Origin: Camelus ferus
Taxonomy: Eukaryota
Length of the DNA: 64,000 nt
Direction: 5' to 3'
NCBI RefSeq assembly: GCF_009834535.1
Contig: NC_045696.1
Coordinates: 10,852,001 to 10,916,000 of the forward strand
The translations under genes were made by a program, and so were the position numbers. The notes under the pieces are model-generated. The model was not told the origin of the DNA and did no database searches. It worked only from the letters and a program-made list of their open reading frames with translations. Shown piece by piece: positions 24,336-36,637 of the stretch (positions are counted from its first letter, which is position 1; each line of letters starts with the position of its first letter).

Positions 24336-26635
24336 CAGGAGGCATTTAAAAACACTTAAACATCTTCCAAGGAAGCAGCAAGGTTTAAACTGCCTTTGGT
24401 TCCAATATTTATAACTAAAACCACTAAAGGAAAATTTAATTCTTACTTTTCTAAAATCTAATGTTGAATACAGATGAAAGGAAAAAGCTTAAGGCTTACA
24501 TCTTAAGGAAATAGTTTAAAGTATTTATGGAGTTATAATAATGTACAACTCTAAGTGGAAGGTCTGAATCCCTTTTTATTGTTCTGGAAGCAGGTAATTA
24601 AAATATTAAATGTCTGCCAGCATTTTTTTTTTTTTTTGTTTCTCATCTCCTAGCAAAGGGATTACTCTGACTTATTTTCCTTGGCAACCTCACACTCATA
24701 TAATACAGGCCCAGTAATTTGAGCAAAGCTCTCCCTGAGTTAGTTTTACAAGACTGGATGCTTAAATGTTAGACTGTGGGGAAGTTTGCAGCAGGGGTTA
24801 TTATAATCCCTCAGCCGAGAGTAATTGGGGCGATGGCTTCTGATGCTCACAAATGTCTGTGAGATCAATATATCTAACTCTGCTCATGATTTCCTTCAGC
24901 TTGGGAAGCTGTCTGCAGTGAGGCAGAAGATCAGTGACCTGGAGCCCTGACCTGGGGCCCTGACGTGGGGCTCATGGTCCCCATCCTGAGTGTGTTTTCC
25001 CTGTGTCTCCAGCAGATCCACAGAAAAGTTCCAAGACACCTGCAAACTTAGACAATGCTCATTGGTGAAGTCATAAGAGATTGGGGATGTCTCATGGGAC
25101 TTTTGTGGGACTTTTGCCAGACGTCATTCAATGACCTTTAAGGAGACTCACAGGCAAAGCATAGGACACTGAACTCAAGTGGCCCACCCCCTTACTCATA
25201 CCCACAATCTGACTCTGCTTCCTCTAGGCTAGGCCATACGCTGAAATTCTTGCTGAAGAAGATGAATTTTGCTAGTTGACTTGATAATACGATACACTCC
25301 ACAATTCTAGGAGGTAAAGGGTAAGAGGGGAAGTATAGGATCAATAACATACATCTCTGACTTAGCTAACGCAGGGATTCACTCGGATTAGAGAAGTATG
25401 GAGTGCCTCTGTGTGCCGGGCCCTGTGCTGAGGGCTGGGGAAACCACGGTCAACGGGAAGACCAGGGCTTTGTGATCAGAAACCTGGCTGACACAGCACA
25501 GCAAAGGCATTGGGTCCAGCATCCAATAAGCAAATTAGTGGGCGAAATCTGCATTCAGTTAAGTTGAATGATTTCAAAACATAAAATGTCTGCCTTTCAG
25601 TTAGTTAATTATCTTAGTCTAGAAGATTTGAGGATTTCAGTTCATTTCTACTGTGAAATACATTTAATCTGAAAGCAGCAATCCAACGGGTACTTGAAGA
25701 GATCCTGGCTTCAACAACCAGTAAACACAAATAAGGTTAAATCAACACTAATTGCTTGTATTTGGCTGGCTCATGCTCCCACCTACCTGCCTCCTTCCCA
25801 CCACCATGTCTACACAATGGAGTCTCCTCTAATCATTTCGTGGGGTCCCTAGGAGGGTCTTACCTGGGGTCCCCAGGAGTTCACAAATGATCCTTCATGT
25901 GCCTCTGCCCCTAGTCACCACTGGAGATTGATTCTTGTGCCACTGCCGTGGGGCTCCCTGTTGATTGGCTGCCTGGAGAGCAGTATCCAGGGGCATCCCA
26001 GTCTGGCCTCCAGGAGGGGCCAAGTGCTGCCTGCCCTTCATCCCTCACTGTGCCAGAGCTGGGCTGCCCTCAGTGCAGAAGTGGGGAGAATGCCTCTGTC
26101 CCCTGCTCATGTCACACTTTGTCACATGGGTAGAAACCACTTGTGCCCCACATCTCAGAGTTCTTGAGAGCTGTCCAGGCAGCCTCTGCCTACAACTCCA
26201 CTGGACTCAGCCCAAGGCATTAATTAGTCTGGGCTGAGAAGAGACAAGTGCCTTCCCATCCCTCCACTCTTCCTGCCCCAGACCCTCACACATCATCTTG
26301 ACTCTTCCTTCTTTTTTCTTCAACAATTCCACATATGCAAATAACCACCTGGATCCAGTCATCGCCTGAACTCACGAGTAATGTCTGGATGCACCTGTTT
26401 ATGCTGGGCCAGATCCAATACAGGGTGACTACTTTATGACAGCCTTAAGCTTGGTACTACAGGAGAACTGAAAGGAACTGAGGACACGGTTACCCTAAGA
26501 GCTTATGATCCAGTCTAGCAAGCGTAAAAGGACACATGAAACAACTAGTGAATTCTGCAGGGCTGTGAATAAAGAGGGGCTAGTGTGTTTGGTCCAAAAG
26601 CAGTTTTATGTGTTTTGTTGCATTTCCTCATAATT

Positions 26636-27100
26636 TCTTATTCATTTCCTATCACTACTGTAACAAATTCACACAAACTGAGCTGGCTTAAAACAACACA
26701 GATTTATTCTCTTACATTTCCGGAGGTCAGCAGTCCAAAGTCAGTCTGACTGGGCTCAATTCAAGGTGTTGGCAGGGTTCATCCTGGAGACTCCAGGGGA
26801 GAATCCATTCCTTGCCTCTTCCAGCCTCTAGAGGCTCCCGGCATTCCTTGGCTTGTGGCCATATCACTCCAATCTCTGCTTCTGTTGTCACTTTGCCTTT
26901 TTCTTCTCTGTCTCCTTCTGAATCCCTTTTAGCAGGACCTTTGTGATTACATTGGGCCCGTCCAGATAATCCGGGATAATCTCCCCATCTCAAGATCTTT
27001 AATTTAATCACATCTGCAAAATCCCTCCCGCTTTGTAACATTCACACGTTTTAGGGATTAGGGTGTGGACATCTCTAGGGGCCGTTATGCAGCAGGCACA
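26636..27100 (-). mobile_element. MaLR solo LTR (MLT1D-like)
   Basis: ctgtaacaaattcacacaaactgagctggcttaaaacaacacagatttattctcttaca...gattacattgggcccgtccagataatcc...gattagggtgtggacatc. Confidence 0.8.
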
Positions 27101-30100
27101 GCAGGAGACCAGAAGGAAAGTGTTTTGATCACATCCTATACTCCTGCTGTCTCTGTAAACGTTTTACATACATTCAGATTGGCAGAAATGGGAACTGGAC
27201 AATTCTTTGCATCTACCAGACTTGCTTACTAAGTTTCAAGGCTTCCCATTTCCCCAGAGTTTACAGGAGGACATTTGTAAATTGGATTTGTTTGTTTAAG
27301 GAAAAATGACACAAGAGGCCTTTTTTGTTTTATGCTGAGCCTGTTCTCCATTCAAATTTTCAATGCAAGCGGTGCATTAAATGAACTGTTACTTTAGATT
27401 TTTGGCGGGGGGTGGCTGGCTTTTGGGGTGCTCTAATCGCATGCTAATATGTTCCTGTCATCACTGTGATTCTGACATTACAAAATATCATAGTTTATGA
27501 ACAGGACTTTAGTACTCTGTGTATTATAGTTACTTATAAGTAATAGTATAATACTTACGACTAGCACTGATAGACTGTATACACTACCACATGCATTTGC
27601 TTTAATCGTATTCTAACCCTGTGTGGTAGGTATTATCATCTCCACGCCATATTGAGAAAAATGACTCAGAAAGGCTCTCTGGCCCCAAGATGCCCCAGTG
27701 AGTTGAACACGAACAATCACAAAAATACTTTACATTGTGTCTCCTGAAGGCCCAAATTGCATGCTTGACGCTAATTTTGACGCTAAATTCCAACTTACGG
27801 AGACATGAACTTTTACTTCCTCTTTTTCTAGATAAGGAAATAAATCAGACGATAGCAGTTTAGGTCCTGCTGCATAAATCAAACAAGAAACCGATCACAT
27901 CAGAATCACAGTGAACCCAGCTTCCTGCCTCTCACAATGAACTGTGTAAACCTTGATGAAAGGGTAGTGATCTTCGTCAACAGAGACTGTAAAGGCGGTG
28001 ACTTCAGAATCAGACACTTGTTAGGGCATGTGAAAATCCAGTGGCTTGTCCCGGGGTCAGGGAGGGTGCTATCATGGAATGTGAGGAAGCAAGCAAAGAC
28101 AACACTTACCCCAGTAAGAAAACACTGGGGAGAAACTCAAGTTAACTTAACTTTCAACATTATAAGCTTTGATATATTAAACAACAAGAATATCACTCCT
28201 CTTTTAAATATGGTGTTACGTAGTGTTTCTCTCTAACCTACCTCCTGCAGTGCACTTGTGGAACAGAGCCAAGGAAAAGAAAAGTGCTAATAATCCTTTT
28301 TTCAAAAATCCTTCTCAACCGTGAGCATCTTACGCACATAATACAGAGTAGCCAACATTTCCTCCTTGGCCTACGTGGGAAGGGTGATTGCCTAGCCATG
28401 AAAGTGGGAACTGGACCTGAGAACCCTGACTGCTCAATTCTGGGTCCTAAAGAGGAGTCTCGACCCCACACTTGCCCTGTACTTCTATTTAACCCTTGCT
28501 ATCCCTCTAACAAGGAGCAAGGTAGGGATAAGGCTTAAAGTGCAAATACCCTTGGGTGAGAATGTGCTTACTTAAATCTGTATTAAGGTTTAACAGCGGT
28601 ATCAGACCCCTACTGGAGAGTGAGTTTGTAGACCCGGGCATCTGGAAAGAGTAGATAGGGGATGGCCAAAGGGACAGCAGGGCAGGAGCCTCGACCTCAT
28701 TCTACCTCCTCAATCCTACTCTCTTGGTCTTCTCTGTCCTTCAAGGATTCCAGATATTAAAACAGATTTATCTGGAGAGCCTGGAGTTAGAAGGAGCCAG
28801 CAGATGGAGAGCGATACACCTTCAAAGAAAATGCCAAAGAAAAGTATTTTCTTACTCAGAACTCATTGTCCTCTTGTCTGTACGCCTCTCATTCCATCTC
28901 TACCTGGCACCTAAGTGAACTTCTTAAGCACAGATGCAGACAGGTCTCCCTGCTTACAAACCTTCAGTGCTGCTTTTTTGCCTCTTGCAGGGGCCTTCCA
29001 AGGGGGTGTGTTCATCCAAGGGAGTACACACGCCGTGCCAGTGGTGTAGGACTGAAAATACTCAAACTTTGATTTTTATTTTTTGTCTCAAATATTTAAG
29101 ATTCTACTCTTTGTGTATTGTTTACAATGTAGAGAAGTATGGCATTTCATATAACCTTAAAAATAAAAGAAATTACATCTATTGGAGTGGGTTTTTATTG
29201 ACGGGGTGAAGATCAGGAGTTTGTAGTCAAAACCCCTTAGCGTGGCCGGCACAGTCCCCCGTCTACTCTGCCCTGCCTCTGCTCCCAGCCTCAGGGCCCC
29301 CGAGACACGACACACCAAGTAATCTAGTCTGAGATTTTGCCCAAGTGACTCCTCTGTCGACAGCATCTCAGCTTTCCTCACCCCAACCCCTCTCTGCTCA
29401 GCCCAAACAGCATCCTCTTTGGGAGTCTTTCCTATTACTTCGTGTCTAACACTCGATCTGTGTCTTTAATAAGCACTCAGCACTCACATCGCGTTATAAT
29501 CAGTTGCCCAGCTGTTTGTGCCCAGAGTACACATGGAAGTTCTTTGGGCGACCCATTAGATCCCTGGGGTGAGCGAGGCCATCAGTGTTAGCAAGCAGGG
29601 GGCACCCTTTGGATAAAATACACTCCAAACATGCGGGGACACGTCTCACTTTGTGGGATGCACCCACGATTCCAAATTGTCTCTTTTTCAGGAATTCCTC
29701 TTGTTTTCACTGCCTCTGAATCTTTGAGGATTTTTGCAGGGACACACTTTGGGGATTGCATTTGTGAGGCACTCCCTTGCCGAGCTCCCCCAGTCTTGGC
29801 TTCAAAGTGGGTTTCTTGGGATGCCAGAAGCCGACTTTCCTCTGCCTTTCCTCCCCAGGCAGCAGCTCAGAATTACACTGCAGACCGTCTGCTTCTTGCT
29901 GGAGCATTTCATCAGTTTCGGGTCCTGTTATTTCTCTAATTTCTTCAATTGAGTCTTTTCCTTAATTGCCTTTCCACTTAAAAAAAAACTCCTTTCTAAT
30001 TTCAAATTAAACTTACTTCTGAATTAAAATTCGAAATCACTTTTGATTTTTAATTGTTGTAAGGATTTGGAGAGTGGCCCTCTATTTTCCCACAATCATA

Positions 30101-33100
30101 TTTCTTGTCTTTTGTGTTAAGACTATAGAGTTCAAAACATCATTATTCATGGTATTTCAAAACTGTTTTGGGCAAATGGTCCAAACGCTATCCTCCCACT
30201 GACACAGTATCTCCTTACTAGTAATATCTTCTTATAAACAGAACTAGTTCAGTTTGAAACATTCCTTTTGGAGCCAAGTATAAACATTATCTAAATTTTG
30301 GGTGTAATCCTAGATTGAGAAGAATCTGTGTGGAATTTGTTTTGAAGTCACTGATGTCTGTATCTGCTCAATTCAGGAATCTTCGCTTTCATGCTAGTAT
30401 TACTTGCTATCAAGATTTCTCCAACTGCAATATAAAAATTATATTTGAACTGAGTCTGAATAGGAGCTCTGGTTTCTAAACAAGCTCAGTGACTTAGTGG
30501 TCAAAGATTTAATGATCATACCTGGCTTTCAGCATCTTGCCTGAAAAGTTTAGGTGGACTGACACCCCCTGAGCTTTGGTCATGGTTGCAGAAAGTCATT
30601 CATTGTATCTCACAACCTCAGTATGTCAGGCACATCTAGTGCCCACCGGTACCCATGTTCTCCTCTCCTCTCCTGGCACAGTTGCTGGACTTTATTTCCA
30701 AGCTGCCTGTAATGAGGTGGTGCCACTTGGCTGAGTTCTGGCCCATGAAATGCATGTAGAAAATACTGTGGAGGACCTGAGGGCCTTAGAAGTTGGTATA
30801 AAAAAAAATAATAAAGCTTGAATCCCTGAATGATTGCGTGGAGCAGAGCATACCCTCCCCCACCCACCAACGGCATCACACTGTGATGTAAGGGAGGAAT
30901 TAACCTTGGCCGGTCTTTCACGGCGCATTTATTCATTTGTGGGCAGATTCCAGCACGGCATAAGTAGCGTAGGAACAAAGCCATCTCGCTCCCCCTACCC
31001 CTCACTATGCCCCTGCCCCTGGGGATGTGAAGCATATTAGGAAACAGTAGGCAAATCTCAATGATGGAGCTCACAAAAAGCTGGGATGCTGAGAAAATGA
31101 TGTGTCATTTTCAAATCAGAGGATTCCAGCCCAACAGGACCCCTGGATTCCCAATGTCCCACTGCCACCTCTGCCATCCCCATAGCCTGTCAATCTTTCA
31201 GTCCTAATTTTGGATATTTCAAATGCTGCTTACTCTATACTAATTACATCAATATCTTCCTTTTATTTTTCCCACTGAAGAAAATATTTCTCTAATCAGA
31301 TATTAGTTCCTCTATGAACTTTGCCACTGCCAGGCAGTCCTAGGTGCAGACTTAACATCTCATGCAAGTTATGATTATAATTATTATCACATTACACTGT
31401 GATTATTGGTTCCAATGTCTCTTTGACTGGGGTATAACCCCTCATGGAGCTCTGATTGGCTTTATTTTCTCTGTTTCTGGCACAGAGTCTAGCACAAAGC
31501 AAGCGCTCAACAAATGTTTATTGGATGAATGAAAAAGGCACAGTTTACCAAATGTCAGGGTACCAAGACTCTGTTAACTGTTTGTTACAGAAATCCCAAT
31601 TCAGATTGGCTTAAGTAGGAAAAAAAAAAAAAAACTTGGCTCATATACTTTAAAAAATCAAGGAAGATTGTCAGGTATGGCTTGATCTGGGTGCTCAAAA
31701 AAAAAAGAGTGTTAGGAGTATCTCTCCATTTCTTGTCTCTGTTTTCCTCTGTATTGGCTTCATTCTCAGATAAGCTCATACAAGGCAGTCACCAATAGAT
31801 TCATATTTCCCTTCTACAAGCTGAGAAACCCCCAGAGAAAAAAGTCTCTTTCCGAGTAGTGCCCCCACTACCACGGGCAAGGGCAGATCAAGTGTCAGGG
31901 ACAAGGTGAGGGATCTGCACCCGTTCTGCTTATGCTGTGCTGGAATGTGCCCACAAATGAATGGATACGTAGTGCAATGAGGGTGTTCACAATCCATGTT
32001 CAACAAACCTCAAGAAAGAAATCCAAGGTGAAACTGAAGGAAAAAATGTCCAACTAGCATCTCCATGGAAACCGCATAAACTGGTTACCAGGGATACTTG
32101 TCCCACCCTGTACCCCTTCATGAGGCTTCACATATCTGGCCTCCCTGTTCTGGCCTTCGAGCTCCCTGATGTCCAGAAGGCAGGGGCCCCCCTGAGGTCC
32201 AGCCAGCAGCTGGACATCTGGGAAGTTGCTCACAAATCCCTCTCATTCTAGGAAATCCAGCTGCACTCATTCCTGGAAATCCATGTCCTTTTTCCTTCTT
32301 ACCCCTTTTCTTCTTCCATGCATGCCTCTGAACAGCATCAGCACCTAAAGAACGAGGGAGACACGTCTGTCACCAGGTTCCAGCTGATGTATAGATGCCT
32401 GTCCCTTCCTTTCCCTCTAAGGCTGGGATCAGAGCAGGCCAACGGCAGTATTCCTAGTTCTGGGATGATGGGGTTACCGGGACAGGAAGTCCTAGAAACC
32501 TCCAGTGGAATCTGGGACAGCTGATCATCTAAAATTATCTTGTAATTAATAATTAAGCACTGTTCCTCACCAAGGTGGGTAGTCACCACCACATTCTAGC
32601 ACAATGTCAAACAAGCCTCTTGTTCCGGGAGAACTCTGGCTCTACGTGTTTCTCAAAGCCCTTTTTTGTCACAAAATGAACCAATGAATAAATCCTTTAA
32701 GAGAACCCTGTGCCAACTTCAAAATAAACACAACACACTATAAAACACCTTATCTGGTCCCCTGAATGGACTTCACCTATCTCTCTGCTGTGATCCTGTA
32801 TCTAGGTGTACTTTCAGGAGAGACTTTCTCAGTCCAGCTTTATTTGTCTTTCCCTTTGCATAAGAGTCCTTGGAGGGCAGGGTCCAGGCTTTGTTCATTT
32901 CTGTTTCTTCCACTTGGCCTTGGCATACAGCACATGCCAAGTGCTATCTGACTCCTGTCTTTGCCTCCCTCTCCCTCCCTACTGTTGCAGCCCCTTGATC
33001 CTCACATGCAGGCCTGGCCTGCCTTGGACTCTGGAAGCAGAATCAAGTCCCTAAGAACAGAAGCTCCGTAAGCTCATGGTCTTACTCTAGGCTATATCCC

Positions 33101-33327
33101 CAGGGCCAGCAAAGTGTCTGCCTCCCAGTAAACTCCCAATGAGCGTTTGTTGAATGAATGAATGAATGACACTATGATTACCCTGAACCAATGTCTCAGC
33201 TTCTGTTCAAGTTTACTTGGCAGAGCTGGGTTTTAATCTCCCTGTGCTCCAGCCATCAGCTGATGAACTCAGGCTGCCTGCCTGTCTGCCTGACCCCAGC
33301 ATTTTCAGCCCTGCTTGCCTTGGATTT

Positions 33328-33487
33328 CTTTTTTTTAAAAAATATTTTATTTTATTTATTTTGTTTGTTTGTTTTGAGGGGGTAATTAGGTTTATGTATT
33401 TACTTATTTTAATGGAGGTACTGGGGATTGAACCCAGGACCTCGTGCATGCTGAGCACACACTCTACCACTGAGCTATACCCACCCC
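33328..33487 (-). mobile_element. tRNA-derived SINE (Vic-1-like)
   Basis: ggaggtactggggattgaacccaggacctcgtgcatgctgagcacacactctaccactgagctatacc; TSD CCTTGGATTT at 33318-33327 and 33496-33505. Confidence 0.88.
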
Positions 33488-34829
33488 TCTGCCCACCTTG
33501 GATTTTACATCACCTTGCTTTGCCACCTTGTAGCCTCATCTTGCTCTCCAAGTGCTACAAGTCTGCCTAGCCCCTTTCCTGCTGTCACCGTCTTCTTTGG
33601 ACATGTGTTTAATTCCTTGGACTGACCTTTCCACTTTCCATCAATCCCTCCCTACCACTCTTACTGCCAGGGCCCCATCACTAGCTCTGTACTGTCCTAG
33701 TTGGACACCTCATTCCAAGTATCTTGTCTTGCCCACTACTAGACATATAGATGCACTGAACTGTATTGTTTGGTCTCTTCAGTCATCAGCTAACTCAGGG
33801 GAAATTCAATTATTTTTGCAAAGCTGAAATCTGGTGCCTTATTTCATAATATGTGCCTTATTCCAACACTCCATAAAAGAAGACTGCACATCTATTATAT
33901 GCCAGGCATTGTAGGGCAATTTCCCCCCGAACTGGACATTGGTGTTGCTTTTTAAATCATGCATGCATTCCTACCTTATTTAGATCATTTAACAGTGCTT
34001 ATATATTGCTTACTACAGTATGTTCTTTGATTAAAATCAGTTCATAAAAGTTGTTCTGGGAAAGGAGTAGATAAATCAGAATCATTGTGACTAACTGGTG
34101 TGTGATTAGTCTTCTCACTGTCCAGTAACACAGTTAAAATCAACTCTAATACTGGTCTAGGAGACCAGGAAAAGTATGACTGGATTAATATGATTGAGGA
34201 GAGTATGTTTGTCTAGTTAGAAACTGAAGTTTACCATTAACTAAATGTTTCACTGGTATTCATGCTGAATTAACAGGTAGCACGTGGGTAACTGAATCCA
34301 ACAAGGAACTGTTTGTCTGCTGAATTCCAGGAAGTCAGATATCGAGGAGGAGGAGGGAACGTGCATGTTTAAGGGGTAGACAGGTACTCAGCGCTGGTAA
34401 TGGGATGTTTGGAGGGAGGATGTACACATTCAAATCACTCCGAATTCCTGCCCACAGACAGGATGCGGTAGGTCTCGTCTCTGGCATCTGCTCTTGCTTG
34501 CTTGTTGGTGTGTTAGCCTTCCCACCAGCAGACATCGTGGGGAGTCTCATAGCTCAGGTGAGCAGAGACCAGGGAGCCGGCTGCTGCCTCTCAGGAGACT
34601 CTGAGAAACGAGCACTGCCTGCACTTGGGCTCCCAGTCTTGCCTGCCTTTGCTAGGACCGCAAGAGAGAAAAGCTTATGACGGGTTACTTGGGGGGCTCC
34701 CTTTCCATAAGCTGCACATTTCTAATGAGAGGCTGTGATAACAAAGCTGCATTTTTGCTTGCAGGAGAGTTCCAATGAACTGGCTCATGAAGGGGAAACA
34801 CAAGCACGCCGGCCCACGCTGAGACAATA

Positions 34830-35489
34830 ATGGCACTGCCTTCCGGTCGCAGCCTCCTTCTGATCGGGGCACTCGGCATCTTTGCACTCGAATGCTTCCC
34901 AAGAGCTCGGAGGAACAGCACGCTAATTTTCACGAAGGAAAACACCATCCGGAACTGCAGCTGCTCTGCGGACATCCGGGACTGTGACTACAGTTTGGCC
35001 AACCTGATGTGCAGCTGTAAAACCGTGTTACCTTTTGCGGTTGAGCAAACTAGCTACGATGATCATCTGACCATCTGGTTCACAGACACAACTGCACTGG
35101 GCCTCCTGTTGAACTTCACGCAGGTCAGGGACCTGAAGCTTTCTCTGTGCAGTGCGACCACTCTCCCCACTGAGTACCTGGCCATTTGCGGTCTGAAGAG
35201 GCTTCGCATCAACACGGAGGCCAAGCGTCCCTCCCCAGAGCAGAGTTTACTCATCCACGATGGTGGGGAGAGCGAATCCAGTGAGAAGCCCGTGTTGCCA
35301 CATGAAGGCTGGCAAAACTGTATGTATATTTCCTTCTTAGATATGGCACTTTTCAACAGGAACTCATCCTTAAAATCATATAGTATTGAAAACTTTGCCA
35401 GCACGGCCAACAACTTCCCCTACTTTTCCTACTTTAAAACCTTCCCAATTCTAAGCAACAAAAGCTATATTGTCACATTCATTTACTAA
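34830..35489 (+). CDS. EPCIP: Exosomal polycystin-1-interacting protein (C21orf62/CU062), 219 aa secreted glycoprotein encoded in one exon
   Basis: [26 protein letters not shown]...[33 protein letters not shown]...[11 protein letters not shown] recognised as C21orf62; hydrophobic signal peptide, Cys cluster, sequons NST/NCS/NFT/NSS/NKS; acceptor tttttgcttgcag ends 34764; adjacent to PAXBP1 as in human. Confidence 0.95.
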   Translation: MALPSGRSLLLIGALGIFALECFPRARRNSTLIFTKENTIRNCSCSADIRDCDYSLANLMCSCKTVLPFAVEQTSYDDHLTIWFTDTTALGLLLNFTQVRDLKLSLCSATTLPTEYLAICGLKRLRINTEAKRPSPEQSLLIHDGGESESSEKPVLPHEGWQNCMYISFLDMALFNRNSSLKSYSIENFASTANNFPYFSYFKTFPILSNKSYIVTFIY

Positions 35490-35673
35490 CATCGTAGCTG
35501 TGTCCGACCCCCGGGAACTCTGGCACACCATGGATCATTTCAATAAGGAATCTGTGAACAAGGTCATGGGTATTCCTCTGGGCAACTTCACTCCTCCCCC
35601 AGCCCCCATTCACACACAGCCAGCCCCCTCTGCCCCATCTATGCTCATCCATGGTTGCTGTTCTGAAAGACAA

Positions 35674-35679
35674 AATAAA
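35674..35679 (+). terminator. Candidate polyadenylation signal for EPCIP
   Basis: First AATAAA downstream of the stop codon; usage not demonstrable from sequence. Confidence 0.35.
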
Positions 35680-36460
35680 AAGAATCAAAAAACCTACTTG
35701 ATTCAGTCTGGAAACATGTCTCGAGGGCCAGCTAGAAGGTAGGCCCTTGCTGCTAGGGATGGGTAGAGAAATGTTAGATCAGAAATGGAGATAGCAAAGC
35801 CCACCAGGGACTGCTTGGAGGTGCCCAGCATAGCGGATGACCCTCAAGAAAGTTATCTTCCTGTGAAACACTGCATCAGATTTTTTTTTTTTTTTTGCTC
35901 CATTTTGTCACACGGGCCTGGAATTCCCCTAAGTAGAGAATGATTGATTTCAGAGGTTTTAAGGACTGTGAGCCCCACAAAATGATTAGGCTCTCTGAGA
36001 CTGGTATTTTCCGAACATCTTGCTAAGAACATTCTCACTGAGAGAGGGAGTCTTGTGTGTGTTTGGTGGGGGTGGTTTGAAGCTTGGAGGAAGAACAGGC
36101 CTGGATAGGGTGGGACTTAGGACCACATGAGGGCACTGGGGTCCTGAGGAGGGGGAAACAGAAATGAAAATTGAAAGCCACAAAACCCAATTGCATAGGG
36201 TGTTTTGCTTAAACCCAGAGGAAGTTTTCCTCTTGTGGTCCTCCTCTCAGTTTGCTTCTCTTTCCTGGCCTCCTTCTGTCATTGGCCCTGCTGTACCACC
36301 TCCCTATTTCTCCTCTCATCATTCTCATCCTGTCCTTCTGCTCTAGAACTCAGAACTTAGATTAATACCATTAGAGCTACATTAAGGGCTAGCCTGCAAA
36401 TATAATAGCCACTGATAGCATTATTCCCATGAGTAAATATACTCCAATTACTAATAGATA

Positions 36461-36637
36461 CTTTTTTTTTAACTGAAGTACTGTCAGTTACAATGTGTCA
36501 ATTCCTGGTGTACAGCACAATGTCCCAGTCATGCATATACATACATACATTCATTTTCATATTCTTTTTCTTTAAAGGTTATTACAAGATATTGAAGATA
36601 TTTCCTTGTGCTACACAGAAGCAACTTTTTTTTTTCG
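36461..36637 (-). mobile_element. Short L1 3' end insertion with TSD
   Basis: Poly-T then aactgaagtactgtcagttacaatgtgtcaattcctggtgtacagc; perfect TSD ATTACTAATAGATA at 36447-36460 and 36638-36651. Confidence 0.82.

Noticed and set aside
26727..27041. 104-aa minus-strand ORF MLQSGRDFADVIKLKILRWGDYPG...
   Set aside because: It lies entirely within an MLT1 LTR; this kind of translation is a common repeat-derived artefact.
30610..31074. 154-aa minus-strand ORF
   Set aside because: It overlaps decayed MaLR-like sequence and has no recognisable protein features or supporting splice structure.
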